Below are positions 35,525-45,111 of a DNA stretch of 64,000 bases, piece by piece. Source of the stretch: an uncultured Clostridia bacterium (GTDB lineage Bacteria > Bacillota > Clostridia > Christensenellales > UBA1242); assembly GCA_934756675.1 (NCBI GenBank), contig CAKVLG010000005.1, positions 24,543-88,542 on the forward strand, written 5' to 3'. The translations under genes were made by a program, and so were the position numbers. How positions within the stretch are numbered: the first letter of the stretch is position 1; each line of letters opens with the position of its first letter. The notes under the pieces are model-generated. The model saw only the letters and a program-made list of their open reading frames with translations. It had not been told where the DNA came from and ran no database searches.

Positions 35525-35806
35525 ATGAAAAATTACGAGCTTATGTACATTGTTGACACAGCTGTCAGTGACGAACAAAGAGAAAACATTATTTCCAAGT
35601 TCAAAGCTTTAGTTGAAAACAACAATGGCAAAATTGTTAGTGAAGAAAAGATGGGCGTTAAAAAATATGCTTACCCAATCAACTTCAAAACAGAAGGGTA
35701 TTATGTGTTGCTCAATTTTGAAGCAGACGCAACTCTTCCAGCTATAATCAAACAACAAATGTTAATTACTGATGGCATTGTTAGACATATGATAGTAGCA
35801 AAATAA
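35525..35806 (+). CDS. rpsF: 30S ribosomal protein S6
   Basis: MKNYELMYIV... AGGAGG lies 8 nt upstream of the ATG at 35525. The listed start at 35501 would overlap the SD. Confidence 0.95.
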   Translation: MKNYELMYIVDTAVSDEQRENIISKFKALVENNNGKIVSEEKMGVKKYAYPINFKTEGYYVLLNFEADATLPAIIKQQMLITDGIVRHMIVAK

Positions 35807-35816
35807 GGAGAAAAAT

Positions 35817-36248
35817 ATGAACAAAGTAATATTAATAGGAAATTTGGCAAGAGATCCAGAACTCATTACTACAAATAATGGTGTTTCACTTTGCAAATTT
35901 AGCTTAGCCGTTCAAAGAAACTTTTCTGCTAGCGATGGCGAAAGAGAAGCTGACTTTTTGTCTATTGTTGTATGGCGTGGTCAAGCTGAAAACTGCTACA
36001 AATACCTTAAAAAAGGTAGCAAAGCTGCTGTATCTGGTTCTATTCAAACTCGTTCTTACGAAGGTACAGATGGAACAAAAAGATATATAACAGAAATTGT
36101 TGCAGATAATGTTGAATTCTTGTCTAGTAAAAATACTGGCAGTGATGGTGATGATGAAAGATCTATTCCTAGCGAATCAGTTAAGAAAGAAAACAAAGAA
36201 GTTGTTGATAAGTTCGAGCCAATCGATGACGACAACCTTCCATTTTAA
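35817..36248 (+). CDS. ssb: Single-stranded DNA-binding protein
   Basis: [18 protein letters not shown] fold and an acidic tail ending DDDNLPF. Confidence 0.95.
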   Translation: MNKVILIGNLARDPELITTNNGVSLCKFSLAVQRNFSASDGEREADFLSIVVWRGQAENCYKYLKKGSKAAVSGSIQTRSYEGTDGTKRYITEIVADNVEFLSSKNTGSDGDDERSIPSESVKKENKEVVDKFEPIDDDNLPF

Positions 36249-36256
36249 TTAGGAGA

Positions 36257-36535
36257 ATGAAAATGAAAAAGCAAAACAATAAGGTAGATGCTCAATACGA
36301 CGACAAGAACCCTAAAAAAGTTCACAAGACTGTTCGTAAGAGTTGTGCTTTCTGTTCTGATAAAATTGAAGTTATCGACTATAAAGATGTTGCTAAACTC
36401 AAGAGATATATGACAGAAAAGGGTAAGATTATCCCAAGACGTACAACTGGTGTTTGCGCTCGTCACCAAAGAGAGCTTACAAACGCTATTAAAAGAGCAA
36501 GAGTTATGGGTTTACTTCCATACAAAAACGCATAG
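36257..36535 (+). CDS. rpsR: 30S ribosomal protein S18
   Basis: [16 protein letters not shown]...[35 protein letters not shown]. Confidence 0.95.
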   Translation: MKMKKQNNKVDAQYDDKNPKKVHKTVRKSCAFCSDKIEVIDYKDVAKLKRYMTEKGKIIPRRTTGVCARHQRELTNAIKRARVMGLLPYKNA

Positions 36536-36544
36536 TAAAAATGG

Positions 36545-36567
36545 TCCACCAATTTGGTGGATTTTTT
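36545..36567 (+). terminator. Intrinsic terminator after rpsR
   Basis: tccacca-att-tggtgga followed by T6. Confidence 0.8.
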
Positions 36568-36631
36568 ATTCTTTGTTATTGACACCATTTTGAATTATGC
36601 GTATACTTAATATTATTATAGGGGGAAAGCT

Positions 36632-38107
36632 ATGCCAAAGACAAACGAAGAAAAAACTTCAAGAATTTTACCAAACAATCTAGAAGCAGAACAATCTGTT
36701 TTAGGTTGTGCTATGATTGATCAAGAAGCTGCTCTTGAAATTGTGAGCAAGCTTAACCCAGAAGATTTTTATAGCGAATCGCATCAAATTATTTTTGATG
36801 CAATGAAAAGTTTGTATGAAAAGAATTCACCAATAGATATTATTACTCTTTCTGATGAACTTGAAAAACGCGACAAACTTGCAGGCGTTGGCGGAATGGG
36901 GTATTTAACAACACTTTCGACAATTGTTCCAAGTGCCGCATACTATGCTCATTATGAAGAGATTGTTAAGCGTGATTCTGTTTTAAGACAATTAATATCC
37001 GCTTGCGGAAAAATCACAGAACATGCATTTACCGATGCCGAAAGTGACGATGCTTTGGGTTTTGCCGAAAAAACTATTTATGAAATTGCCGAAAAAGGGC
37101 AAGTTTCATCTCTCGAAAAAATTCAAAAGTCACTCGAAGAAGTTATGGACAAGTTCGAAACTATCCACAAAAATGGTGGCAATGTTCAAGGTCTTAAAAC
37201 TGGATTTTATGCACTAGACCAAATTTTGAACGGTGGATTTAATAAGGGAGACCTTGTTATTATTGCCGCACGTCCTGCCGTTGGTAAAACTTCGCTCGCG
37301 ATGAACATTGTATCGAACGCGGCTATTGACTATGGCAAAAAATGTGCGGTATTCTCGCTTGAAATGAGCCGCGACCAATTGACTCAAAGAATGCTTTGCT
37401 CTATTGCAAATGTAGATATGAAAAAGGCACTCCGCGGTGAACTCACCGAAGCTGATTGGACAAAACTTTGGAAAGCGAATAAAAAACTTCAAACTGCAAA
37501 TATTTTTATCGATGATTCGTCACTCAATAGACCATCTCAAATTTTGTCTAAGTGCCGAAAACTTAAACGTGAAAAAGGTCTGGACTTAATCATGGTCGAC
37601 TATTTGCAACTTATGTCATCTGATGTTAAAAAATCAGATAACAGACAAACTGAAATTTCTGATATTTCACGTAGAATGAAGATTTTGGCAAAAGAAATTG
37701 GTGTGCCAGTTGTGGTTCTTTCACAATTGTCACGTGCTGTTGAACAAAGAACTGGCAAAAAACCAGTGCTCTCTGACCTTCGTGAATCTGGTGCAATTGA
37801 ACAAGACGCAGATATTGTTATGTTCATTCACAAAGAGCCACCAGAAAATGCTAGCGAGCAAGAAGATAAAAATGCCGACTATAATGCGGAAATTATCCTT
37901 GCTAAACACAGAGCTGGTGAATGTGGCAGTGTATTCCTTGGTTGGAAAGGATCGAGAGTTAGCTTTGTTAACTTGCCAAAAGATGCTGAAGCTAAAAGTT
38001 TGGTTGAATCATATGTGGAGCCTTCAGTCCAAGCCCCTGAGGAGGGGAATATTGAAGAAGTCTTTATGACAGATGATATAAAACAAATTTTTAATGAAGA
38101 GGAATAA
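36632..38107 (+). CDS. dnaB: Replicative DNA helicase (DnaB family)
   Basis: 491 aa. PNNLEAEQSVLGC N-terminus, Walker A ARPAVGKTS, and SQLSRAVEQR/LRESGAIEQDAD motifs. Acidic ~45-aa C-terminal extension. Confidence 0.95.
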   Translation: MPKTNEEKTSRILPNNLEAEQSVLGCAMIDQEAALEIVSKLNPEDFYSESHQIIFDAMKSLYEKNSPIDIITLSDELEKRDKLAGVGGMGYLTTLSTIVPSAAYYAHYEEIVKRDSVLRQLISACGKITEHAFTDAESDDALGFAEKTIYEIAEKGQVSSLEKIQKSLEEVMDKFETIHKNGGNVQGLKTGFYALDQILNGGFNKGDLVIIAARPAVGKTSLAMNIVSNAAIDYGKKCAVFSLEMSRDQLTQRMLCSIANVDMKKALRGELTEADWTKLWKANKKLQTANIFIDDSSLNRPSQILSKCRKLKREKGLDLIMVDYLQLMSSDVKKSDNRQTEISDISRRMKILAKEIGVPVVVLSQLSRAVEQRTGKKPVLSDLRESGAIEQDADIVMFIHKEPPENASEQEDKNADYNAEIILAKHRAGECGSVFLGWKGSRVSFVNLPKDAEAKSLVESYVEPSVQAPEEGNIEEVFMTDDIKQIFNEEE

Positions 38108-38108
38108 T

Positions 38109-39779
38109 ATGAAAAAAGCAGAGCCTATCGAGGCAACTAATTTTATTGAAAATGAAATTAATAAAGATATAATAAATGGAAAAATCCATGGTGGTATTCA
38201 AACCCGTCATCCACCAGAACCAAGTGGATATTTGCATATTGGCCATGTAAGAAATATTGTGCTTAACTATGGCACAGCTGAGAAATATGGTGGCATTTGT
38301 AACCTTAGATACGATGACACCAACCCAATCAAAGAAAAACAAGAGTTTGTTGATGCTCTTCAAGAAGATGTTTTGTGGCTTGGATATAAGTGGAATCATA
38401 TTTACTATGCCACAGATTACTTTCAACAAAATTATGAGATAGCAGTTAAGCTTATTAAAGAAGGTAAAGCTTATGTTTGTGACCTATCTCCAGAAGAACT
38501 TTCTAAGTCGCGTGGAACATTAACAGAACCAGGAACAAACAGTCCATACAGAAATCGTAGTGTAGAAGAAAACCTTGACCTTTTTGAACGCATGAAAAAT
38601 GGCGAGTTTGAACAAGGTTCAAGATGTTTGCGTGCAAAAATAGACATGGCGTCACCAAATATGAACATGCGTGACCCTGTTATCTATAGAATCCAATATC
38701 TAAATCACCAAAGAATTGGTAGAAGTTGGAATATTTATCCTTCATATGATTTTTCGCACCCACTTGACGACTGTTTGGAAGGCGTTACACATTCTATTTG
38801 CGGTTTGGAGTTCGAAGACCACAGACCACTTTATAATTGGGTAGTTGAAAACAGTGGACTTAGCAACCATTCGCGTCAGATTGAATACTCTAACCTTATG
38901 ATTAAAAATACAATTTCTGGTAAACGTAATATTAAAAAGCTTGTAGAAGAAGGTGTTGTTTGGGGCTTTGATGATCCAAGGCTTATCACTCTTCGTGGGC
39001 TTAGAAGAAGAGGTGTGCTTCCAGAAAGTTTGATTGATTTTGTACGTGCTGCTGGCTTTGGTAAAACAACAACAGTATGTGAACCAAGCATGCTTGATTA
39101 CTTTATTCGTAACACATTAAATGAAAAAGCGAAACGTGTTATGGCAGTTCTTGACCCACTAAAACTTGTTATTACAAACTATGAGGGCGAAGACGAAGAA
39201 ATCGAACTTACTGACTATCCACAAAAAGAAGAATCGACTAAACGTAAATATTATTTTGGCAGAGAACTTTATATCGAAAGAAGTGACTTTGAAGTTACTC
39301 CACCACCAAAATATTACCGTATGTATGTTGGTAACACGGTCCGTTTATTTGGAGCATATGTTGTTAAATGTACTGGCTATGATGTAGATGAAAACGGCAA
39401 AGTAACTTGCGTTTATGCCGAATATGACAAGTCGACAAAATCTGGTTCTGGCAGTCAGGTTAAGGTTAAAGGAACTATCCACTGGCTTAACCAAAAACAT
39501 GTAAAAGAAGTTGAAGTAAGAACATTTTTCAACTTGCTTGCAGATGAAGAAAGTGCATCTACAAACGAAAGAACTGTTCAAGATGAAATAAAAATCAATC
39601 CAAATAGTGTAGACATCAACACAAACGCTTTAGTTGAAGATGGTGTAAACTATAATTTGGAAGATAGATATCAATTTATGAGAAACGGTTATTATTGCCT
39701 AGACAGTAAAGATAGCAAGCCAGAAGCTTTGGTATTTAACCGTGTTGTTGACCTAAAAGGTAGTTACAAACCACAATAG
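38109..39779 (+). CDS. glnS: Glutamine--tRNA ligase
   Basis: TNFIENEINKDIINGKIHGGIQTRHPPEPSGYLHIGH...CNLRYDDTNP closely parallels the GlnRS N-terminus. The ATG at 38109 follows the dnaB stop by 1 nt. Confidence 0.9.
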   Translation: MKKAEPIEATNFIENEINKDIINGKIHGGIQTRHPPEPSGYLHIGHVRNIVLNYGTAEKYGGICNLRYDDTNPIKEKQEFVDALQEDVLWLGYKWNHIYYATDYFQQNYEIAVKLIKEGKAYVCDLSPEELSKSRGTLTEPGTNSPYRNRSVEENLDLFERMKNGEFEQGSRCLRAKIDMASPNMNMRDPVIYRIQYLNHQRIGRSWNIYPSYDFSHPLDDCLEGVTHSICGLEFEDHRPLYNWVVENSGLSNHSRQIEYSNLMIKNTISGKRNIKKLVEEGVVWGFDDPRLITLRGLRRRGVLPESLIDFVRAAGFGKTTTVCEPSMLDYFIRNTLNEKAKRVMAVLDPLKLVITNYEGEDEEIELTDYPQKEESTKRKYYFGRELYIERSDFEVTPPPKYYRMYVGNTVRLFGAYVVKCTGYDVDENGKVTCVYAEYDKSTKSGSGSQVKVKGTIHWLNQKHVKEVEVRTFFNLLADEESASTNERTVQDEIKINPNSVDINTNALVEDGVNYNLEDRYQFMRNGYYCLDSKDSKPEALVFNRVVDLKGSYKPQ

Positions 39780-39788
39780 AGGGAATTT

Positions 39789-41630
39789 ATGAATAAAATT
39801 ACAGGAAAAGAATTAAGAAATGCTTGGTTGAAGTTTTATGAAGACCGTGGACATTTGAACATTGGGGCTGTTTCGCTTATTGGTGACGGTACAACAGGTG
39901 TTATGTTTAACGTTGCTGGTATGCAACCACTTATGCCATATCTTTTAGGTGCAAAACACCCAAGCGGAAAAACTAGACTTTGCAACGTTCAAGGTTGTGT
40001 TAGGACAAACGATATAGAGTCTGTTGGTGACGAAAGTCACTGTACATTTTTCGAAATGATGGGTAACTGGAGCCTTGGTGATTATTTTAAGGCAGAAAAA
40101 ACTCAATGGACTTTTGATTTTTTAACAAAGGTTTTGGGTTTTGATTCAAACAAAATCTGTGCGTCTGTTTTTGCTGGTGACGAAAATGTCCCACGCGATA
40201 CGGAAACAGCTGAATATTTGCAAAAGGCTGGAATAAAGAAAGAAAACATTTTCTACCTTCCAAAAGAAAATAACTGGTGGGATTTACCTGGAACAGTTGG
40301 AACACCTTGCGGCCCAGATAACGAATGGTTCTATCCACGCCATGACAACCCATGTAGTGACCATTGCGACATTACTTGTGAATGTGGCAGATGGGTAGAA
40401 ATTGGTAACGATGTTTATATGCAATACAAAAAGCTTGAAGACGGAAAAGTTGAAACGCTTAAAAATAAAAACGTTGACACTGGTTTCGGGTTCGAAAGAT
40501 TACTTATGTATATTAATGGTCTAGATGACGTATATCTCACAGACGTGTTTAAACCTGTTATCGATTGTTTGTCACAAGCATGCAAAATAGTGTATGGTGC
40601 AGATGAGAAGCAAACATGTTCTATGCGTATTATTGCAGATCATATGCGTACATCTGTTATGCTCATTGGAGATATAAACGGCATTCTTCCAAGCAACGTT
40701 GGTGCTGGCTATGTTTTAAGAAGAATCATGCGCCGTGCAATTAGACATGCGAAAAAAATTAATGCTAGCAAAGAAACTCTTTTAAATATCGCTAAGATTT
40801 ATATCGAAGAGATTTATAACGAAGCTTATCCACTTTTAAAAGAAAAAGAAGAGTACATTCTTCAAAGTATTGACAATGAAATTGCTAAGTTTAACAAGAC
40901 TATCGAAACCGGGAACAAAGAGTTCGAAAAACTTGCTAGTGGCATAGATAGAAAGATTGAATTTTTAAAGAAAAATAATCCAGAATACAAAGAAACAGAA
41001 CAAGACAAAACAATTAGCGGCAAAGCAGCTTTTAGACTTTATGAAACATATGGTTTCCCAATAGAAATGACGGTAGAAATGGCTGCGGAAAAAGGACTTA
41101 ATGTTGATGAAGAAGACTTTAAAAAAGCCTTCGAAGAACATCAAGAGCTTGCACGTGCAACATCTTCTGTTGCAAAATCGGGGCTTGCAACATCTGGCGA
41201 AATGGAAACAAAATATCACACAGCAACACACTTGCTCAATGCTGCTCTAAAAAGAGTGCTTGGTGAAGATACCCACCAAATGGGGTCTAATATCACAGCA
41301 GAAAGGTTGCGTTTTGACTTTAACTGTGACCACAAAATGACAGACGAAGAGCTAAAGAAAACAGCTGAACTTGTTAATGGTTGGATTGCGGCAGACTTGC
41401 CTGTTACCAAAGAAGAAATGAACAAGATTGATGCGGTTAAAGCTGGCGCTGAACATCAATTTATCGAAAAATATCCAGACATTGTATCTGTTTATACAAT
41501 TGGTGATGCAAGCAAGGAAATTTGCACTGGCCCACACATAAAACACACTGGCGAACTTGGTAAGTTTAAGATTAAAAAAGAAGAAGCTTCTTCTAGTGGT
41601 GTACGTAGAATAAAGGCTATTCTTGAATAA
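39789..41630 (+). CDS. alaS: Compact alanine--tRNA ligase-like protein (613 aa): catalytic and tRNA-recognition domains plus a minimal AlaX-like editing core
   Basis: Catalytic-core motifs FFEMMGNWSLGDYF, GFGFERLLM, IADHMRTSVMLIGD..PSNVGAGYVLRRIMRRA and FRLYETYGFP. Editing-core motifs HTATHLLNAAL and CTGPH. Ends at GVRRIKAILE. Confidence 0.75.
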   Translation: MNKITGKELRNAWLKFYEDRGHLNIGAVSLIGDGTTGVMFNVAGMQPLMPYLLGAKHPSGKTRLCNVQGCVRTNDIESVGDESHCTFFEMMGNWSLGDYFKAEKTQWTFDFLTKVLGFDSNKICASVFAGDENVPRDTETAEYLQKAGIKKENIFYLPKENNWWDLPGTVGTPCGPDNEWFYPRHDNPCSDHCDITCECGRWVEIGNDVYMQYKKLEDGKVETLKNKNVDTGFGFERLLMYINGLDDVYLTDVFKPVIDCLSQACKIVYGADEKQTCSMRIIADHMRTSVMLIGDINGILPSNVGAGYVLRRIMRRAIRHAKKINASKETLLNIAKIYIEEIYNEAYPLLKEKEEYILQSIDNEIAKFNKTIETGNKEFEKLASGIDRKIEFLKKNNPEYKETEQDKTISGKAAFRLYETYGFPIEMTVEMAAEKGLNVDEEDFKKAFEEHQELARATSSVAKSGLATSGEMETKYHTATHLLNAALKRVLGEDTHQMGSNITAERLRFDFNCDHKMTDEELKKTAELVNGWIAADLPVTKEEMNKIDAVKAGAEHQFIEKYPDIVSVYTIGDASKEICTGPHIKHTGELGKFKIKKEEASSSGVRRIKAILE

Positions 41631-41740
41631 AAAACGAGTAAAAATAAAGGTTAAAGCGGATACGTTTTAACCTTTTTTATTTGAGTGCTTGCCAAAGCTG
41701 CGGGGGTGTGATATAATCGAATAACAAAAGGAGAAAAATT

Positions 41741-43279
41741 ATGAAAGGAAGACTTGTTGCCTGGATAATAATTTTATTTATAGGATTGCCACTTTTGTTT
41801 TGTAGTGGGGCAATGCTCATTATGTATCTTGCACCTGGGTTCGAAATTTTTGGTATAAGATATGTCGCTAATGGCACATGTGATTTTTCGGACACAAAAG
41901 CATTCACAATTTCCCGCGGGGATATTATTATTGAGTGTGAAGATGTTCCAGTTATTATTGACTATTCAACAATCACAAACGCGCAAGTTTCTTTCAGAGA
42001 AAAATTTATTGGTTTCACAGCTTCAAAGGCTAAACAACCAAGCTTGAATATTGCAACAGACCAATCTGGGAATGTTAAAATCGTTACAGAAGAAATTACA
42101 AAATTTTTGTTTGAAACAAAATTAGAAAATGCTAAATTCTTAAAAATTAGTTTACCATACACCAGCAGAAATATAACAGTTAAAGCCAAAAATTCGCCAG
42201 TTACATTCGAAGGTAATATTGCTCAAGCTGGCAAGGTAAACATTGCCACCGCTGGCGAAGTTAAAATCAACAACTCAATGACAATCGGTACTCTCACAAT
42301 TAACACAAACTCCAACGTTGAAGTTGGCGAAAACGTTAAACTTTCGAACGCAACAATTACTACAAAAAATAAATACATAAAAATAGCACCAGCTGTTAGT
42401 GGTGACCTTAATTTGACAACAACTAGCGGCAATATCGAAATCAACTCTTGCAACAACTTAAAAGCAACAACATCATCGGGCGTAATTAAAAGTATTAATG
42501 ATAAAAAAATTACAGTTAGTGGCAAAGCTGAACTTTCGAGCAAATCTGGCTCTATTACAATTGGCAAAATCTTAGGTTCAAAAGAAACATCAACAATTAC
42601 AACAAAGTCTGGAACTATCAATATTGATTATGTTAATGACATCAGTATCAATTCTTCAAGGGGGCCAGTAAACATTGGTCAAGCAAAAAATGTTGATATC
42701 GAAGGTGGTTCTGGCACAATAAATATTACATCTGTCGCTGGAAAAGTTGATATAAATGCACGTAACGGTGCTGTTAACCTTGGCAAAGACGGCAGTGGTT
42801 CGGTTAATAACCCAACAGTAACAACAACTACTGGTAGAATAACAGTATATAACACACTTGGCACGGTTAACCTTACAAGTAACAATGCGGCAATTTTTGT
42901 TCGCAATACAAAGGGTGTTGGTGCGTCTGAATTTAAACTCTCTGCCGGGAAAGGTTTGACTTGTGAAAACTTGGAGGGTGCGGTAGAAGCTTATGCAAAT
43001 GGCGAAACAAATATGCATTTCCAAAACATTTCTAAAGATATTAGGGTTTCGGTTGGTACAAAATGCAAAGTTGTAAACATTGATGCTACTTGCAAACTAT
43101 ATGACGAAGTTAACTATGAACTTAAGTCTACAAAAAACAAAGAAGCATCTGTTTATGCGGGCAATTTGTTAATAGCAAAAAAGAATCCAATTGTCAGCAA
43201 AAACTTGGTTGCAGCTCCATTTATTTCGGTAACGGGCGCTTACCAAGTAACAACGCTTTATTTGAAAGCAGAAGACTAA
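41741..43279 (+). CDS. DUF4097-type beta-strand repeat protein (putative adhesin) with an N-terminal TM anchor
   Basis: 512 aa. N-terminal IIILFIGLPLLFCSGAMLIMYL, then repeated ..SG.I.I.. beta units. Confidence 0.6.
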   Translation: MKGRLVAWIIILFIGLPLLFCSGAMLIMYLAPGFEIFGIRYVANGTCDFSDTKAFTISRGDIIIECEDVPVIIDYSTITNAQVSFREKFIGFTASKAKQPSLNIATDQSGNVKIVTEEITKFLFETKLENAKFLKISLPYTSRNITVKAKNSPVTFEGNIAQAGKVNIATAGEVKINNSMTIGTLTINTNSNVEVGENVKLSNATITTKNKYIKIAPAVSGDLNLTTTSGNIEINSCNNLKATTSSGVIKSINDKKITVSGKAELSSKSGSITIGKILGSKETSTITTKSGTINIDYVNDISINSSRGPVNIGQAKNVDIEGGSGTINITSVAGKVDINARNGAVNLGKDGSGSVNNPTVTTTTGRITVYNTLGTVNLTSNNAAIFVRNTKGVGASEFKLSAGKGLTCENLEGAVEAYANGETNMHFQNISKDIRVSVGTKCKVVNIDATCKLYDEVNYELKSTKNKEASVYAGNLLIAKKNPIVSKNLVAAPFISVTGAYQVTTLYLKAED

Positions 43280-43292
43280 AAGAAAAAATAAA

Positions 43293-43315
43293 AGGGGCAA
43301 AGTTGCCTCTTTTTT
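43293..43315 (+). terminator. Intrinsic terminator
   Basis: aggggca-aagt-tgcctct (one G-U pair) followed by T5. Confidence 0.75.
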
Positions 43316-43364
43316 CGTGTGCAAAATTGCTGGCAATAATATGATGTTATTTTTAAAATTGGTA

Positions 43365-43407
43365 TTTACAAATAGTCAGTTTGATGGTAAAATATAGTTA
43401 CAAATAG
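43365..43407 (+). promoter_or_regulatory. Promoter with a duplicated 10-nt motif for the three-gene operon
   Basis: TTTACA (43365-70), 17 nt, TAAAAT (43388-93). TTACAAATAG occurs at 43366-75 and 43398-407. Confidence 0.45.
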
Positions 43408-43486
43408 AATAGTTGGCAAAAACGTTTTACATTTTGGTTTTTTATGTGTTAAACTAACCATGAAAAATTATTTTGGAGAAAACTAA

Positions 43487-43819
43487 ATGGAAAAATATGT
43501 TTACCCAATGGTTTTATTTGCAAGTAGCGAAGGACAAGGCTACACTGTGCTTTTCCCAGACCTTGATATTGTTACAACTGGCGATACGGTTGAAGAAGCA
43601 TATTTAAGAGCGCAAGATTATTTACAATCGTTTTTGGACATGGCAACAAAGTTTGAATCCGCACTAAGTGAAGCATCTACATATGATGAAACAAAAGGGT
43701 TAAATCCAAAACGTATTGTTTTGCTTACAGATGCAAATGCTCAAAACGATAACCTTGTGCTTACAAAAAGAGAAAAAAAATACAAAAACTTTATGAAAAA
43801 TTTTTTGTATGATGATTAG
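43487..43819 (+). CDS. HicB-like (UPF0150) domain protein without a DNA-binding tail
   Basis: 110 aa. MEKYVYPMVLF...GYTVLFPDLDIVTTGDTVEEAYLRAQDYLQSF fits the HicB N-terminal fold pattern. SD ggag. Confidence 0.55.
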   Translation: MEKYVYPMVLFASSEGQGYTVLFPDLDIVTTGDTVEEAYLRAQDYLQSFLDMATKFESALSEASTYDETKGLNPKRIVLLTDANAQNDNLVLTKREKKYKNFMKNFLYDD

Positions 43820-43829
43820 GGGGTAAGTT

Positions 43830-44363
43830 ATGGCAAGACAATTTAAACCTGGCGAAATTGATTATAGCGAAAAGAGAAAAGCTATGGATATAATTACGGC
43901 TGTAAACTCATTATATTTTGCTAATGCTATTAATAGCAAAAGAATGAATGGTAAAACAGAGAAGAGCTTAATATTCGCTTGTAATGATCGTGGTTCAAAC
44001 CTCATGCAAGCAATCTTTATTCCACTTGATCCAGAATTTATTTATGCTTCACCTGAAAATCAAACCATTGCAACGTTAAATGGTTTAAAGTTTCAAAAAA
44101 GTTTAGGTATTGAAGGCGAAGATTATAATCAACCACTTGTCCGCGTGAGAAGTGCACAATATATTAATAGTATAAAAGATGAAAAATTAAAGGAAATAGC
44201 CTTGAGTGTTTGGAAAGACAACTTTGAATATATTAATGAGCTTTCTAGACAATATCCAGATTCAGAGTGCTTGAGATTAGCAGTTGACGCTTTAGAGCAA
44301 ACTGACAATTATAAACAAATTCAAGCATTATATCCGGAATATCAAGCTGTTAACCACAATTAG
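43830..44363 (+). CDS. Hypothetical protein (177 aa), no recognisable family
   Basis: SD aggggg lies 10 nt after the upstream stop codon. Soluble, no TM segment, no motif recognised. Confidence 0.5.
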   Translation: MARQFKPGEIDYSEKRKAMDIITAVNSLYFANAINSKRMNGKTEKSLIFACNDRGSNLMQAIFIPLDPEFIYASPENQTIATLNGLKFQKSLGIEGEDYNQPLVRVRSAQYINSIKDEKLKEIALSVWKDNFEYINELSRQYPDSECLRLAVDALEQTDNYKQIQALYPEYQAVNHN

Positions 44364-44370
44364 GGAAATT

Positions 44371-44907
44371 ATGTCAGCAAATTTGCAAAATATAGCAACA
44401 CTAGTTGGATATGAAGTTGTCAATGTTGATGACGGGTTCACCAACTATGAATATCATCAAAAACTCGCAAGTTTCGAAAGTTTGTCTTATTTGATTACAA
44501 TCAAAGACGAGCTTTCTTTTGATGAGATGAAAATTACCCTTTATGCAATTATCGATGTTTTGCCAAAGGATTTAAAGAAAAAGATATATAAGCTCACAAA
44601 GAAGTTCGATAAAAACAATAAGCAAAATATTCTCGACCTTGTGTATTATACAATCGAAGAGTATAAGATGAAAACACCATACCAAAAACTTTATGAATAT
44701 GGGCAACTTGTGGGTGTTGATCTCGAAAAACACAATTATTGTTTTGATTACAATTTGTCGAAGAAAGAGCAAAAGCAAATTTTGGCATTAATCGAAAGTT
44801 CTTTGCCACTTGAACTTGCGCCAGTGCTTGGCAAAATCAAGAAAATTGACTACAAAATTGGGTTTATGAAAAATCGTAACAGATTTCTTGAAAAAGACAA
44901 TGGTTAA
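44371..44907 (+). CDS. Hypothetical protein (178 aa), no recognisable family
   Basis: SD taggga lies 7 nt after the upstream stop codon. Soluble, Lys/Tyr-rich, no motif recognised. Confidence 0.5.
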   Translation: MSANLQNIATLVGYEVVNVDDGFTNYEYHQKLASFESLSYLITIKDELSFDEMKITLYAIIDVLPKDLKKKIYKLTKKFDKNNKQNILDLVYYTIEEYKMKTPYQKLYEYGQLVGVDLEKHNYCFDYNLSKKEQKQILALIESSLPLELAPVLGKIKKIDYKIGFMKNRNRFLEKDNG

Positions 44908-44942
44908 TTTACTAAAAAGTAAAAAATATTTTATAAAACTTA

Positions 44943-44971
44943 TTGACTTAAAGTTCGAATAATGTTAGAAT
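44943..44971 (+). promoter_or_regulatory. rpsL (str operon) promoter
   Basis: TTGACT (44943-48), 17 nt, TAGAAT (44966-71). The predicted TSS at ~44978 gives a ~134-nt leader. Confidence 0.55.
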
Positions 44972-44973
44972 AG

Positions 44974-45008
44974 GCAAGCATGGATTATCATGTTTGCTTT
45001 TTATTTTG
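44974..45008 (+). terminator. Terminator of the upstream three-gene operon, overlapping the rpsL promoter/TSS
   Basis: 9-bp stem gcaagcatg/catgtttgc (44974-82 / 44989-97) followed by TTTTTATTTT. Confidence 0.65.
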
Positions 45009-45111
45009 TTAATTTTTAAAAGTGTGTACAAAAGATTGCAAAAGCGGGAGCAAGAATTTCCTCGAAATGGGGCAGTAGAGGAGTTCACCAAAACTTTTAG
45101 GAGGTAGAACT

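Noticed and set aside
44943-45008. A promoter (TTGACT-17-TAGAAT) followed immediately by a terminator-like hairpin upstream of rpsL, which at first looked like an attenuator or a tiny sRNA.
   Set aside because: The predicted TSS (~44978) falls inside the 5' arm of the hairpin (44974-82). Transcripts from this promoter therefore cannot form the full stem. The simplest reading is the terminator of the upstream three-gene operon overlapping the rpsL promoter.
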